Source: Chrysomallon squamiferum
Lineage: Eukaryota; Animalia; Mollusca
Length of the DNA stretch: 64,000 nucleotides
Assembly: GCA_012295275.1 (NCBI GenBank)
Contig: CM022677.1
Location: forward strand, 21,452,001 to 21,516,000
Direction: 5' to 3'
The translations under genes were made by a program, and so were the position numbers. Position 1 is the stretch's first letter, and every line of letters begins with the position of its first letter. Positions 16,593 to 46,094 of the stretch are shown in pieces. The notes beneath the pieces were generated by a model. The model was not told the origin of the DNA and did not search any database. It saw nothing but the letters and a program-made list of their open reading frames with translations.

Positions 16593-16737
16593 GAAGGACT
16601 TGAATATAGGTGGGAGAGAGAGAGAGAGAGATCATTATTTAAACATAGATTGTTGTGTGTGTGTGTGTGTGTGTGCATTTGCATGAATTCTGAGAGAGAC
16701 AGAAACCATCTGAATATAGATTACGTGTATGAATGTA

Positions 16738-16781
<44 letters not shown>

Positions 16782-16790
16782 TTTCTATCT
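14450..16790. repeat. Composite repeats: short unique cores duplicated with variable (GT)n spacers
   Basis: For example CTGTTTCAGTACAGAGTTTGTTGTATGTATTATTTGAAAG occurs 2-3 times, and GTTGAAGGACTTGAATATAG..GAGATCATTATTTAAACATAGATTG occurs 3 times. Confidence 0.85.
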
Positions 16791-17243
16791 GTAGGTAAAT
16801 ATTTGAAAGATATTTGAAATGCAACAGCAGCACTGATAATAACTCATTATAATAAAATAATAATTATCTGAGGCTTATATATTCAAAACATAATTTCTTT
16901 CTTTCATCTGCATAATTAATGTATTCCTAAAAAAAAAGAAAAAAAAAAGGAAAACAGAGAACAAGGAAGAATAAAAAAAATAAAAACTGTTTTATAGCCG
17001 AACAGAAACTCGTTTAACTGCAGTATTAGTTTCACTAATATTCAGACAGATGTAATGTTAGATTCTTCCGTTTGCGGAAGCTGTTTTTGTTCAGTGGTAG
17101 TCAAACATGGGATATTTCATTACTTAATATAATTTAGTCTCCTGCGTTTGTTGTTTCTTTTCTCTTTCTTTCTTTTTTTTCTTCCTTCAGCTATCTTTCT
17201 TTCTCCCACACACTTTGGCTCTCTCCGTTCTTCTTTCCTTCTG

Positions 17244-17325
<82 letters not shown>

Positions 17326-17425
17326 GTCAGCTCTGTCTTTCTCTACATTTTTCTTCTTTTGGGTGCTTGTGTTTCTGTCTGTCTCTCTCTTTAGATATCT
17401 TTCTTGTTTTATCTTTTTTATCCTT

Positions 17426-17528
<103 letters not shown>

Positions 17529-17975
17529 ATTACACTTTGATTGTTTCAAGCCACTTTGCCCACGTTCAATTTTACCTCACACAAGCCCTGACGCTTATTG
17601 ATTGTATTCACCGGTGTCGAAACTTCTAACAGTGCCGGGCTACGCAGTGGCTGTCAGTGAGTTTTGTTACATGTTGTTCACTCTTTGTGAATATAGTTTG
17701 ATGATTTGCTAATTACGACTTGTGTGAAGCCTTCGTTTTTAATTTTTACTGTTTATTTATTCTATGTTTTTTTATTTTTTTTGAAGAAAAAGGGATTGTT
17801 ATCAGTTTTCTGTGGTATTTTGAGAAACAAAGATTTGTGTACTGTGATATGTTTCAGCGAATTTGGTAATGTGTTAAAATAACTGGCTTTTTTAATGTTA
17901 TTGTTGAAGTAGTTATTGTTATTATTGTTATTGTTATTATTATTATTATTGAAGTAATTATATCATTGTTGTTAC

Positions 17976-18015
<40 letters not shown>

Positions 18016-19324
18016 GAAGTAATTACATTATTGTTATTATTATTATTATTAAAATAATTATTACAATTATTTATTTAGTATTATTATTATATTTATACTG
18101 GTGTTATTTTTATTGTTATATTATCATCATCATCGGAATTATTATCATTACCATATTCAGTATTATTATAGTCTTCTTATTGTTGTTATATCTGCTGCAT
18201 TACTGTTGTTCTTGTTGTTGTAGTTGTTGTTGAAATTAACTCAGACATTACTGTCCCAATTTAGAGAAAACCTGTACATACTGTTACTGACAAAAACAAT
18301 CTGAAGTAAACTAACAAAATAAAAATTATCTTTTTTCTTTCTTGTTCTTCCAAAAGTTGAAGCTGAAACAGTGTTTGATGAAACACACACACAATCACAC
18401 ACACACACACACACACACACAGATATCGCACAGCTGTTTATGCAAAATGTGCATACATTATTCCTTAAATAAAACATTGGCAGATTTAACAAAAAAAAAA
18501 AAAAAAAAAAATAAAAATATTAATAATTTTTTAACAGATTTTTATGAAAATGTCAGAGATAGAATTTAATATGTTCATTGCATAATGTTTGGGATTAAGT
18601 ACTGTAAGAACCTGTTACACACAAACAATAAAAATAAAAATAAAATGAAATAAAATAATTGAAAAATACCAAAAAAATAACTGTCTTCAGTTTATATTTG
18701 CTGCTGCTTGCAAAGAGGTGCAGTGACGTTGTTGACGTTGTGGCTGATCACAGCAGTGGTAGTAGTATTATCACGATTGTTATTATTATTACTATTATTG
18801 TTGTTATTATTATTGCTGTTATTACTGGTACTATTGTTATTATTTCATCATCATTGTTATGTTCATTTTCATTATTACTACTGTTATTGTTACTATTGTT
18901 ATTATAGCATTGTTATTATTACTGTTACCGATACTGTCATTATTATAACTTAATAATTTTATCATCATTGTTGTTATTGTTATTGTTATTATTCACAGGT
19001 AATAATAATAACAATAGTAGTAGAATTAGTAGTAGTTCACTAGTAGAAGTATTAGTACTATTCATAATAATGTAACAATAGCAGTATCAGTAGTAATAGT
19101 AGTAGTACTACTAGTAGTTTCACTGATAGAAGTATTAGTGGTATTAGTAGTAATAATAATGATAACAATAGCAGTAGTAGTAATAATAATAATAGTAATA
19201 CTAGTAGTAATTCACTAGAAGATGTGGTAGTGGTAGTAATAATAATAATAGTAATAGTAGTTCACTAGTAGAATTATTAGTTGTAGTAATAATAATAAAT
19301 GAAAGTAAAAGGAAATATTTCCGA

Positions 19325-19365
<41 letters not shown>

Positions 19366-19574
19366 TTCACATACATTAATGATTTCTTCATTTTTTTTCC
19401 CCCAGAACATCAATATGTCTGTTAATTTCACTAGATTATACAATAAAATTTAACAAAAGTTGTTAGGTGCAGTTGTATAATACTTTAATTTATATTTTAA
19501 AAGCTTACAGTATGTAAAAGTTTTTATATTTCTTGTCAGCTTGGGTCTGTGGTAATATGTATTTGTGTGATTTT

Positions 19575-20460
19575 TCAACTGAGTGAAATTACAGAAGTAT
19601 AGGGATACAGGAATAAAGTTTTGACATTTTCCAGTTAAGTATGAATATGCACTTCTGTGTATTTGCATGATTTTCAGTTGGGTAAAATTTCAAATTGAAA
19701 TTAAGCAATAGAAAGAAAACTAAGTTAAAATATTTCTTGTAATTTTGGATCTTATATGATTTTGAACTGAGTGAAATTATACAAGTATAAAGGAATAAAG
19801 TTTTGACATTCCAGTTAAGTATTGATATACACCTCTATGTATTTGTATGATTTTAGGTTGTGTGAAATTATACAAGTATAAAGGAATAAAGTTTTGACAT
19901 ATTCCAGTTAAGTATTGATATACGCTATTATGTATTTGTATGATTTTAGGTTGTGTGAAATTATACAAGTATAAAGGAATAAAGTTTTGACATTCCAGTT
20001 AAGTATTGATATACACTACTATGTATTTGTATGATTTTAGGTTGTGTAAAATTATACAAGTATAAAGGAATAAAGTTTTGACATTCCAGTTAAGTATTGA
20101 TATACACTACTATGTATTTGTATGATTTTGAACTGAGTGAAATTATACATGTATAAAGGAATAAAGTTTTGACATATTCCAGTTAAGTATTGATATACAC
20201 TACTATGTATTTGTATGATTTTAGGTTGTGTAAAATTATACAAGTATAAAGGAATAAAGTTTTGACATTCCAGTTAAGTATTGATATACACTACTATGTA
20301 TTTGTATGATTTTAGGTTGTGTAAAATTATACAAGTATAAAGGAATAAAGTTTTGACATTCCAGTTAAGTATTGATATACACTACTATGTATTTGTATGA
20401 TTTTGAACTGAGTGAAATTATACAAGTATAAAGGAATAAAGTTTTGACATTCCAGTTTAA
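19575..20460. repeat. 91-93 bp tandem repeat, about 9 copies
   Basis: AAATTATACAAGTATAAAGGAATAAAGTTTTGACATTCCAGTTAAGTATTGATATAC... at 19774, 19865, 19958, 20049 and onward. Confidence 0.95.
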
Positions 20461-20843
20461 GCATGTACATAAAAAAAACCAAAATGACAGTAATATTTAT
20501 TTAGTATGATTTTGAGTTGAGTGTTGCTTCAGATTAATATTAAACACTGGACACAGGGGAATGCTCTTAACGACGCTGTACAGTTCAAATTAAACAAATG
20601 CTGGTGTTTTGTTTGTTGAGTGGAATTTCATTGAAGCTGTTTCATCAGTGTTTGGCTAGAAAAACACAAAACAGGAAAATTATCACTGATAAAATTGGTT
20701 TTACACGTCCCTCGGTGGGAGTTGTCCGTGTTTGAGAATTTTTCCTTTTTTTTTTTTTATTTATTTTTCTTCATGATTATAGGGGGGGGGGTGTGGCAGA
20801 TTTCTAGAGTGGTTTGGAGGGATGATGGTTTTGATGAAAATTT

Positions 20844-20874
<31 letters not shown>

Positions 20875-21794
20875 TGATATAGGGGAGTCCAGATAGTTTT
20901 TTTTTACAAGGTGCAAAGGTTTAGTAAGATAATATTGATAAGACTGGTTTTACAAATACCTTGATAAAAATTGTAGTACAGGGGGGAGGGTCTTATTGAG
21001 ATGTTTGCTTGGCAGAGCAAAGATAGTGGACAGTACTGATAACTTTTTTTTTTTTTTTAATTTTATTGTTTTGTTTCCCCCCCATGAAATCTCTTGATGT
21101 ACATGTCTAAGTCAGAAATTTGTTTTCCTTTTTATTATGATTATAGATAGCTCCAGTTTGATTTTTGGTCTCTTGTTAGATCATGGTAGACAGTATTTAT
21201 AACACAGGTTTACAACTCCGTTGACTTGTGACTGTGAATGTTTCAGTTTAATGGATTTTTTTTTATTTTACAAGGGTTGGAGATTTCGGCAGAATGGGCT
21301 TGATGAAAATTGTCCATATTGGAAGGAGGTCTGATTTGAATTTTTTGTTTTAGTGAAGGTTTCGAGATGATGGTAGATAACATTGATTAGATTGGTTTAC
21401 AAATCTCTTGACGAAAATTTGTTCATGCCTGAGCATTTTCCCTTTTTTTTCATGATTATAGGGAGGTTCCAGTTAGATTTTTAGAGGGGTTGGTGATGAT
21501 AGTGATCAATATTGATTAAACTGCTTTTACAAATCCCGTAATGAAAATTGTCTGTGTTTGAGCATTTACCCTTTTTTTGGTTGTTTGTTTTCGTGATACA
21601 GGGAGATTCCAGTTAGATTTGTACTGGGGTTTGGAGATGATGTTGAATAATACTGATAAGACCAGTTATTACTGCCGTTGATGAAAAATAACGTGGAAAA
21701 AAATCTTTAGTGTGTTTAGATAATAGTGATGAGTCTGATTTTACAAATCTCTTTATTAAAAACATCTGTGAACAAGTTTTTGGTGTCTGTAGAA

Positions 21795-22020
21795 TTTAGC
21801 TGTTAATTGTGGGGTAGTGTTTAGCTGTTGATTCTGGGGTAGGGTTTAGCTGTTGATTCTGGGGTAGAGTTTAGCTGTTAATTGTGGGGTAGAGTTTAGC
21901 TGTTGATTCTGGGGTAGGGTTTAGCTGTTAATTGTGGGGTAGAGTTTAGCTGTTGATTCTGGGGTAGGGTTTAGCTGTTGATTCTGGGGTAGAGTTTAGC
22001 TGTTGATTCTGGGGTAGAGT
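21795..22020. repeat. 26 bp minisatellite, about 9 copies
   Basis: GTTTAGCTGTTGATTCTGGGGTAGAG and variants. Confidence 0.95.
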
Positions 22021-22487
22021 GATAAGTTACATTTTGATTAGGGAGTAGAGATATGATTGAAAAAAGGGTGAAGAAAATAATCACAGATTAGACAGACAGA
22101 GTTTTCTAGGTGACAGTTGCTGTGTTGTGATTGTCAGGATGTGATTGTCACTGTGATTGTCAGGATGTGATTGTCAGGGTGTGATTGTCAGGGTGTGATT
22201 GTCAGGATGTGATTGTTCTTGTTTGTGAACAGAAATTTTTAAAAGCAGAGTCCTATTTTGAGAGACATATCTATATATCATTACTATTACTATTACTGTT
22301 ATTATTATTATTATTATTAATTATTATTATTATCATTTTATTATTATTATTATTGCTATTATTATTTTATAATTATTATTGAAATTATTACTACTATTAT
22401 TATTACTTTTATCATTATTACTGCACTTATTATTATCGTTATTATAATTACTCTTATCATTCAGTATACATGGGTGTGTATGTATAC

Positions 22488-22526
<39 letters not shown>

Positions 22527-22641
22527 AGTGAATAATAATAATGATACTTTAATAACAAAAAAACAACATATTCCTGTCTTCCAGGTTTGAGCAATGGTGC
22601 TATAGTGCCAGTTTCCATGGCAACCGTGGTGGTTTTTGAGG

Positions 22642-37061
<14,420 letters not shown>

Positions 37062-37741
37062 TCTTTGTAGAGTTTTTGTTTTTAAAGTCTCACCACTCCT
37101 CTAGTCTCCTCCACACTCTGGTGTGTTGGGTGATGTGTTTAATGTGTTTTACTGTGTTATATGAGAGAGGCAACACAAACCAGACACTTTGTGAAAAAGA
37201 AAAATGTAAAAAAAAACATTTTGTGAAAAAGAAAATGTCTGTTTGATTGGTTAATAAATATAATACCCACAAAGTAAACAAAATAAAAGAAAGAAAGAAA
37301 AAAAAGATAACGGATAATAATAATAAAAAGGATAAATATTACAAAGTAAACAAACAAATTATAAAAAAATAAAAATAAATAATTAAAAAAAAGTGAATGA
37401 AAAATGCATAATACTAACAGTACATACATCATATGTAGATAGTAGATAGATACATATGAACACAGAAATAATATTAATAACATTTTGGTTACCAGTTTAT
37501 AATAATGATAGTAATAATAATAACAATAATAGCTGAAAATTACAGCAGATTTATTTAATTGAAAAAAAATTAATTAAAAAATTCATCATAATTATGAGAA
37601 GACCAAATATTGCTTTCAAAAGATAGACACAAATTCAGTTTATAAAAAAAATATAAAAAAATATTCCCTTTTAATTTATGGTTTAGTTTGATCTTTATTT
37701 AAATAGATACATTTTATCTGGGTATGTGTGAGTGTTTGTAT

Positions 37742-37777
<36 letters not shown>

Positions 37778-38332
37778 GTTTTTTCCTTCTTCTCTGTGAG
37801 CTGCATGTGCTGAAATGGTTGAATTCTGTGTCAGTGTGTCTGTCTGTGTGTTTTTGAAGCTGTAGGAAGAATCAAAAGTGATTTTCTCTTGTTAATAAGA
37901 AATACCCAGGCTACGAAATTTTAAAACTGTAATCAGTGAAGTGAGCTTGTGTGTACATTTTTATTATTTATTTGTTACCTTTTTTCAGTACATTGTCAAA
38001 CTGCTTTTTGTGTGAACAGATATGTCTGTGTGTATGTGTGTGTGTGTGTGCGTGTGTGTATGTGTGTCTGTAATGTGTGTCTGTGTGTGCGTATATATAT
38101 CCACACTTCGAAACAGACACACACACACACACAATTACAGACGTATATATTCATTCATACATTCATACATACATGTATGCATATAATACACATGGACATA
38201 TAAATATGCATATATATATATATATATAGACACACACACATACACATAAATACAACATACGTATATATACACTTATACATACTGACAAACATATGTATAC
38301 ACAAACATGTATGTAAACCTTTATTTGCTTTA

Positions 38333-38374
<42 letters not shown>

Positions 38375-39474
38375 TTATTATTATTATTATTAACTTTCGA
38401 TGTATTAGTTTTATGAACTTTAAAACCATCTATTTCTTTAATTTTGTTTTGTCATTTAATTTGCATCTGTATCACAACACATTTTGTTTACATCTCTGAA
38501 TTATTTTATCAAGCACATGAATAGAATACTATCTTGAATATGAATAATTATTGAATATAATACATTTTATTTCAGTAGAAATTGAGCACATCTTAAATTA
38601 GATACAGATAAAAATTAAATACACCAGTTATTTTTTATTTAATGGAAACTGAATGTTAACGATTATTTGTGAATATAAATTGAATGCAGTTAGTTTTATT
38701 TGAAGAGAAATTTAATGTAATTATTTTAACAGAATATAAACTGAATACAATCAGTTTCATTCAAGCTGAAATTGGATATTTTCTGATTCTGTAAAACTTG
38801 ACTATAATCAAGCTTTAAGTCAATAGAAACTTAATATTTATAATTCAGAAGAAACTGAATACAATGCTTTTGTATTTGAATAATTTTAATACAGAGATGT
38901 GTACAGTTTAGTTTTTATTTGAAGATTATGATAATCACTTGAATGTGATATTTTCTAATTGAATACAAAAATTTAAATATAGAATTTGCATAAAATCAAG
39001 TTTCATCTTGGATTAGAAATTAAATATTATCATTTTTTCACTTGAATACAATATTTTCTGAATGCAGAAACTGCATATAATCAAATTTTATTTGATTAGA
39101 AATTTAATATCATTTTCACTTGAAAACAATTATTATTATTATTTTTTTTTTTTAAATTTGAATACAGTTCTGAATACATACTGAATAAAATAATTTTTAA
39201 TTTTAAATATATAAATCAGTTTTATTTGAATAGAAACACAGTCAGCTATTAAAAATTAATTTTTGAAGAATGAACTATTTTTAAAATTTTTTTTTTTTTT
39301 CGTGGTCTATGATGTTTATTACATGTGATGAGAGGAGTCTAATCACTGTAAATATTTCATGAAAGCTTTAAAGTCTGTGACAGTGTCACTCTGTTCAAGT
39401 GATCACACTTGCAGCTTTAAGTGTCACAGCTTAACCAAAATCACACAGTGTGACGCAGCTTTAGTGACAGTATT

Positions 39475-39840
39475 AGCTGGAGTCTTAACCGGATCATAGT
39501 GACAGGTCAGTCGTGATCCCAGCGGGACTCTTGACTGGATCATAGTGATTTGTCAGTGGATCAGAATGATAGTTCAGTCTGGATCATAGTGATTTGTCAG
39601 TGTGGATCATAGTGGGATTCTAACTGGATCATAGTGACAGGACAGTGGATCGTAGTGGGATTCTAACTGGATCGTAGTGGCATGCAAGCCTGGATCAGAA
39701 AAGACGAGACAGACTGGATCACAGTGGATTTGGATCATAGTGACAGCTTGAACTGGATCAAAGTGACAGACCAAAGTAAATCACAGAGACGACTTTATTT
39801 TTACCTGATTTCAGCAGCAGCATCTGCTGGATCATAGTTA
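39475..39840. repeat. Degenerate minisatellite with a CTGGATCATAGTGAC core
   Basis: More than 12 GGATCA/GGATCG-centred copies. Confidence 0.85.
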
Positions 39841-40126
39841 CGTATCCACAAATATTAAAACTGAGAAAAACCACATTTCCAAAAAAAACCATTACCTGAA
39901 ACATTTCTGTCTAAAATTAGTTGAATGAAAATGAGTTTCACAGTTTGATTCAATGAGTGAGTAGAGTTGATTTTTTTTTGTTCAGTATATTTAAATAAGT
40001 GTGTGTTTATTTTTCATATGTGCAGATTTTATATTAAATTTATTTGATAACAGTTGAGAAATATATTTCAAAACCATTGTATTGTTAGAAAATGCAATGT
40101 TGTTGTTGATATTATTATTATTATTA

Positions 40127-40164
<38 letters not shown>

Positions 40165-41167
40165 TTGTATGTTTATTTGTTTGTTTATTTTTGGTTATTT
40201 GCAGGGAAATGTACTTTTTTTTTTTTATACATGAATTATTGGTCATCAATTTCAAAAACCATTGACTCAGTCTTTCATGATGTTTAGCGCCTCGCAATAA
40301 CTCTTGTTAAAACATTCTTCCACGCAAGTCTTGAGACTTTTTTGTGTAACAAAGAAAATTTTGTGACGGTGAGAAATAATTTTTTTTTTTTTTTAAATTA
40401 AAATATAAGAGAGAGAGAACAAAAATAAATAAACAAACAAATAAACACAAATCCTACTCTAAAAACATGTTTGAAATATTCAACTGTATAATGAATTTCA
40501 AAACTTCCAGAACATTCTAAGACTTCTATGAGAAATAAAAGTAGAAAAAAAAAAAAAAAAAAAAAAAATAAAAATAAAAATAATAATAATAATAATAATG
40601 GAAATTACTTGTGTTATTGATCTTGTAGCAGAAAACCAGACTTGTTCAAGTAGAAATAAATAAGTTTGATACACACAGTCCCAAATGTCGATAATTATAT
40701 TTTATTGTTTTCTATGATATAATCACACACACACACACACACACACACAGACAGACAGACACGCAAATGCTGCTCATCTTCATTATCACAAAATTTTCGA
40801 CTATTAACAAATTATTATTATTATCATATTTTATTTTATTATTTGATTTTTAAACTTTGTGATGTTACTATAATGTTCAGTGCTCAGCAAAGCATTATTA
40901 TGTAAATGAAATATGGGAAAAAATAAAAATTCCATTTAATGATATTTTTATTAATAAACATTTCAAATCTTTTCTTTTCTCTATTTCTTTATATCGAACA
41001 TTTGACAGTCACAAGTCATTTAAAAAAGAAAAAAAAAATTGAAATTTGGTTGCATTTTGTTAATTATATACCACCACCAACAACAAGAATAATAATAATA
41101 ATTCTGTTAGTTATTGATTATTATTAATATTATTATTACTGATAGTAATAGTAGTAGTAGTAGTTGC

Positions 41168-41198
<31 letters not shown>

Positions 41199-41480
41199 AG
41201 AACAGCAGCAACAGAAATTATATTGTAGCATTAGTAGTACTACAGACAATGTGAGTACTGGCAGTTGTAGTAGCAGTAGTAGTACTAACAGCAGTAGCAG
41301 GAATGGTGTTAATAGTAGTATTTATTACAGTGATGATGGTGATGATGATGTTGTTGGTTACAGAATCAAGTTGTCAACATTTCTGCCTGTTAATTGCCAA
41401 ATTGAAAATAAATTTCTAACTTTTATATGTGTGTATGAATAGAGAGCATTGAGTAACATTAAACTGAACAGTTGAAAAAG

Positions 41481-41548
<68 letters not shown>

Positions 41549-42033
41549 ATACATATCTGATTGTCCACATTACTAAAAAAAACATTGAGCAAAAACCACA
41601 TTGTGCATAGATCTATCTGTATATAGAATTGAAAACTTCCACACATGTAAATACATGCATACATGTGTGCATAATATACATACATACATACATACATACA
41701 CGTACCTATATAAACACATACATACTCATATAGACACACTGACACACACACACAGATACACAAACAAGTACCTTCTTCCTGACACAAGATTCCAGGTACT
41801 GAGCCTAGTTGTTGGTTCAAAGTGTAACTCGGATACTAGTTTCTGTGTGTGTTAAATTGTTACAGTTTCAGTGCCAAAAGTTTTGTTGGAAAAAAAACAC
41901 AAGTTACACTAAAACATTTTATGCAAATTGAGGCATTTTTCTTCTCTGCTGTGAATTTTGTTATTGTTACTTTATTTGTTTATTTTCTTATAATAGATAT
42001 ACATATGTGTGTTTATATATGTCTCTATATGTG

Positions 42034-42080
<47 letters not shown>

Positions 42081-42771
42081 TGTTAACATTATATTTATAT
42101 ATATATATATATAAAATGTTAACAAAAATCTGTTGATCTGTTGATGTTTTAACACCACAAAAAATATTGTAGCCATTGTTGTTATTATAGTTGTTAAGCA
42201 GAAATGAATTATTGTGTGTTTGTTACATCACATACTATTGGTCGGTATAAAAGCAATCATAAAGTATCAACCAATGGGATCAGTCGTAACTCATTATTAG
42301 CCAATGGGATGAATTGTAATAATGATGCATGTATAGATGGTTTTAAAAGTTTATAAACATAGGTTATTTTTTATTTTTTATTTTTTTTATTTTTATGGGG
42401 GGTTTTGGAAGGACTTTCAATGGATGTAAGATTGTATAGGATTATCTTTTATGTGTGTATGTTCAGATTTTTAATTATTACTGTTTGTATTCGTTACAAA
42501 AAGAGGATATTAAAGATGTGAAGAAAAAGCAGCTGAAAATGTTGTTTCTGCTTTATTAATCTGTCTTGTATTGATTTATTGATTTTTTAAATAACAGAAT
42601 TGGCAGTATACAGCAGAAAATTATTCCTTTTTTTTTTCTTTTTTAAACCTCAAGATTATTATTATAATTATTAACATTATTATTATTATTATTATATTAT
42701 TAAGAATATTATTATCATCATCATCATCATTATTATTACTATTATCATTATCATGAATTATTATTATGAAC

Positions 42772-42819
<48 letters not shown>

Positions 42820-45736
42820 CATTATTATCATTAACTATTATTATTATTAATTTCTTTTAGTTGTTATGCTTGTTATTATTATTATTAAAAGTATTTTGAT
42901 GTAAATTGCTGTTATTTATTTTGGTTTGAATACACACGTGGTATGAATGGGGTATGCAGTATATTATTGTATGATACAGACGTAGCAACTCTGTATGTAA
43001 ATATAGAAAAACTCAAACACTCATTTCCATTCTGAATACATAACTTCAGTTTTGAGTCATTGTCTAATATGAGAGGGATTTGAGCAATTTTGATTCAAAG
43101 TGAATTTTAAGTCGATAGTCAAAAATGAGTAATTTCAATCGTGCAGACTAAATTGAACTGAATTTGAGTAAACTGAGTCATTTACAGTGAATGAGTAATT
43201 CTGAGTTAGTAGTTAATTCATTTCAGTAGCTTTTGAGTTCTTAAAAAGTTTTATTAATTTTTAGTCACCTGACAATAATCAGTGAGTAATTTTGAGTCAA
43301 TAGTTGATAACTGACAATGATTTAGAGACAATACATTTACATAATTATGTCAGTAATTGAGAATTTTTGGTTGAGAATCAGTGACTGTCAGTAGTTAACA
43401 ATGAGTTTGAGTTATTAATGAGTTCTGAGTATTTTGAGTCTTGTTGGTGCACATGTGGTAAATTAATTCTGAATCTATTTTTGTACATAGGAAAAGATTT
43501 TCTTGTAAATTAATATATCTTTGTAGTTAAGAAAACGGAACAAAAATAAAATAAAATATAAAATATAAAACATATTACAATTGGTTGGTTGTTTATTTTT
43601 TTTATATTCTGTTTGTGAATTTAGACCAGAAATAAATTATAAATGCATGCATGCATGCTCAATGATGCTTGTACACCTAAAAGAAGAAAAATACAAGAGA
43701 AAATACAGTCACTCGGATATTCAAACACAAACATACTCACATAGAAATTCATACACACAAATATCTTACATCTGAAATACAGTCAGATATTCTATAACGA
43801 ACAGATTACCTGTTATTTATTTATTTTTTTCTCACTTTTTCTGGTTTCTATCAGAATGTTCCACAATGAAATAAAATGTCTGTTTTGCCTCATCTTTAAT
43901 TCCATCCATGCCACTTGGGATCCAGTTTGATTCTTTTGCGACAAACGAAAATGATGTTTAATAATGTACACATTTCACGTTTTACTTGAAAACTTTACTT
44001 GTAGGTGACAGAGAGCATAACCTTGATGGTGTTGATGTGTACCACCAGCCCAGTTATAACACAACTTCAAAAAACATAGGAACCACAAACATTTCATCAA
44101 AATATATTTATTTAGATATTATAAATTTATTACATTTTGGATGAATCCAACAAAATGACGTTCAGAATATAACCAATAATTAATTTTTTACAAAAAATAC
44201 TGAAAATAAATAAATAACTGGTTTTAATATTTACTTAATGGAATAAAAAATAAAGTTAGATTCATTTTCTTACATATATATATATATATATATATAAACT
44301 GCTTTGTATCTGAAACATGTAGAAGAAAAAAGATTAATTTTCTGGAAATTGCAAGATTTCCAGTTGATTGTAAGGCATAAATAAAATAAATAAATAAATA
44401 AATAAATAAATAAAATATAAAAAATACATAAATAAAAAGGCACACAGTTGCTTAAGATTTCAGCAGATTAAATCTTTTAATTTTGGGTTCAAAATAATTT
44501 TTGCACACTCTCATTTGTATGAAATTAATTTGTACATTTAATAATTACAACAAAATTCCATTTCCAATTTTGAAAATGAGTTTAAAACATGAAATTGATA
44601 CTTTTAGGTTTCAAAAATAAATTCACTGTATTTTCAGTTTCATAAATGTTTAATATACAATTTTATTATGAAAGTATATAAACATAAATGCAGTTATCAT
44701 TGATTATGAAAGCTGAGCATTCTTAAATCTGAAAAAAAAAAAAAAATCTGGTTGCATAAAAACTTTCAGATTTAAGAATTTCAAGTAACTAAGGGTTTAC
44801 ACTTTTTGGCTGGTTTAATGTAAGGAAATTTTAGATCACATGCAAACTTTAATATTATTTATTTATTTACAAAATATAAATAAATTTTATGTTTAGAGTT
44901 GGATTTTTATTCTCAAGTAGTTTCTTTACCTTTCAAAATCTTAAATTATTATTTCTTAGTACTTCCTGTACTTTTATTTGCTAACCAGGTGGCGCTCCAT
45001 CAGCAACTTCCTGTTTATGACAGAGTTATTGCTCTTGATTAGTGAAGATTTGGTTTAATGACCTCTGTTACTCAAAGAATCTGGATTGTTGTTTTTTTTT
45101 TTTTTTTTTTTTTTCTGAACCAGTTTCTGTCTGCACTTTTCTGTATTATATTTATTTATTTTATTTTTTTTTCAATTTATTTATTTTTATGTTTTGTAAA
45201 TAAATTTGAACAGCTTTTTTTAAGTTTGAATTTTTTTTTTTTAAAACACAAAATTATGTTTTGCTAAGTAAATTTGAAGATATTTTTAAAGCAGTAAAAA
45301 TAAATTTAAGGCACAGAATAATGATGATAAAATAATAATAAAATAATATGACAAAAAAAAAAAAAAAAAAAAAAAAAAAATAATAATAATAATAATAAAA
45401 ATAATAATATATTTTTCATATTGTTTCGATATTACTTTCCCTATCATATTCTTTAGATTATTTGATCAAAAAACAAAAAATATAAGAGAAAGCAAATGAT
45501 GAACAGAAGAAGAATAAAAATAAGTGAATACAACTGAATATCAATAACAACAATTAAAAAAAGATGGCAAGAGAGAAGGATGAATGAGAGAAAGAGAAGA
45601 AATGAAAGTGTACTTATATATACATTTCATTTAGATCATGTATATGTAACAGAAACAATGCATTGAATAAAATTATAGGTTATATTTAGATTGCTGAATA
45701 TCACAAATAAATTAACATAAATTATTATAATTAATA

Positions 45737-46094
45737 CTATTTAAGAAAAAATATTTCTTCCAGAATTCGACTCTCTTCCAGAATTTCTTCATCATCATCT
45801 TCTTGCTCATGCAATGACTTCTCCCTTATGGATCCATCTCTCAAGGACTGCTCCCTCAATGACTGCTCTAAAGCAGAATCATCTCTTAATGAATGATCCC
45901 TGGAAGGGTTATTTAAAAATGACTGGTCCCTGGGTTGATTTTTTACAAATGACTGGTCCCTGAGTGAGGTATTTCTACATGTATGGTCCCTGGAAGATTT
46001 CTGTCTGTCTGTGTGTGTGTATGCTTCAATTCTGTCATCATCCAGTCCGTTTTGAATGCTGTCAACAATGTCCAAGATGGACAAACCCTTTTCT
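45737..46094 (-). CDS. KIAA1328: Last exon of the hinderin-like gene
   Basis: TTTCAG acceptor, and phase 2 matches the upstream exon. The peptide is EKGLSILDIVDSIQNG...LEESRILEEIFFLK followed by a stop. Confidence 0.85.

Noticed and set aside
21795-22020. Interstitial telomere (TAGGGTTTAG-like)
   Set aside because: It is a 26-bp minisatellite with no tandem TTAGGG runs.
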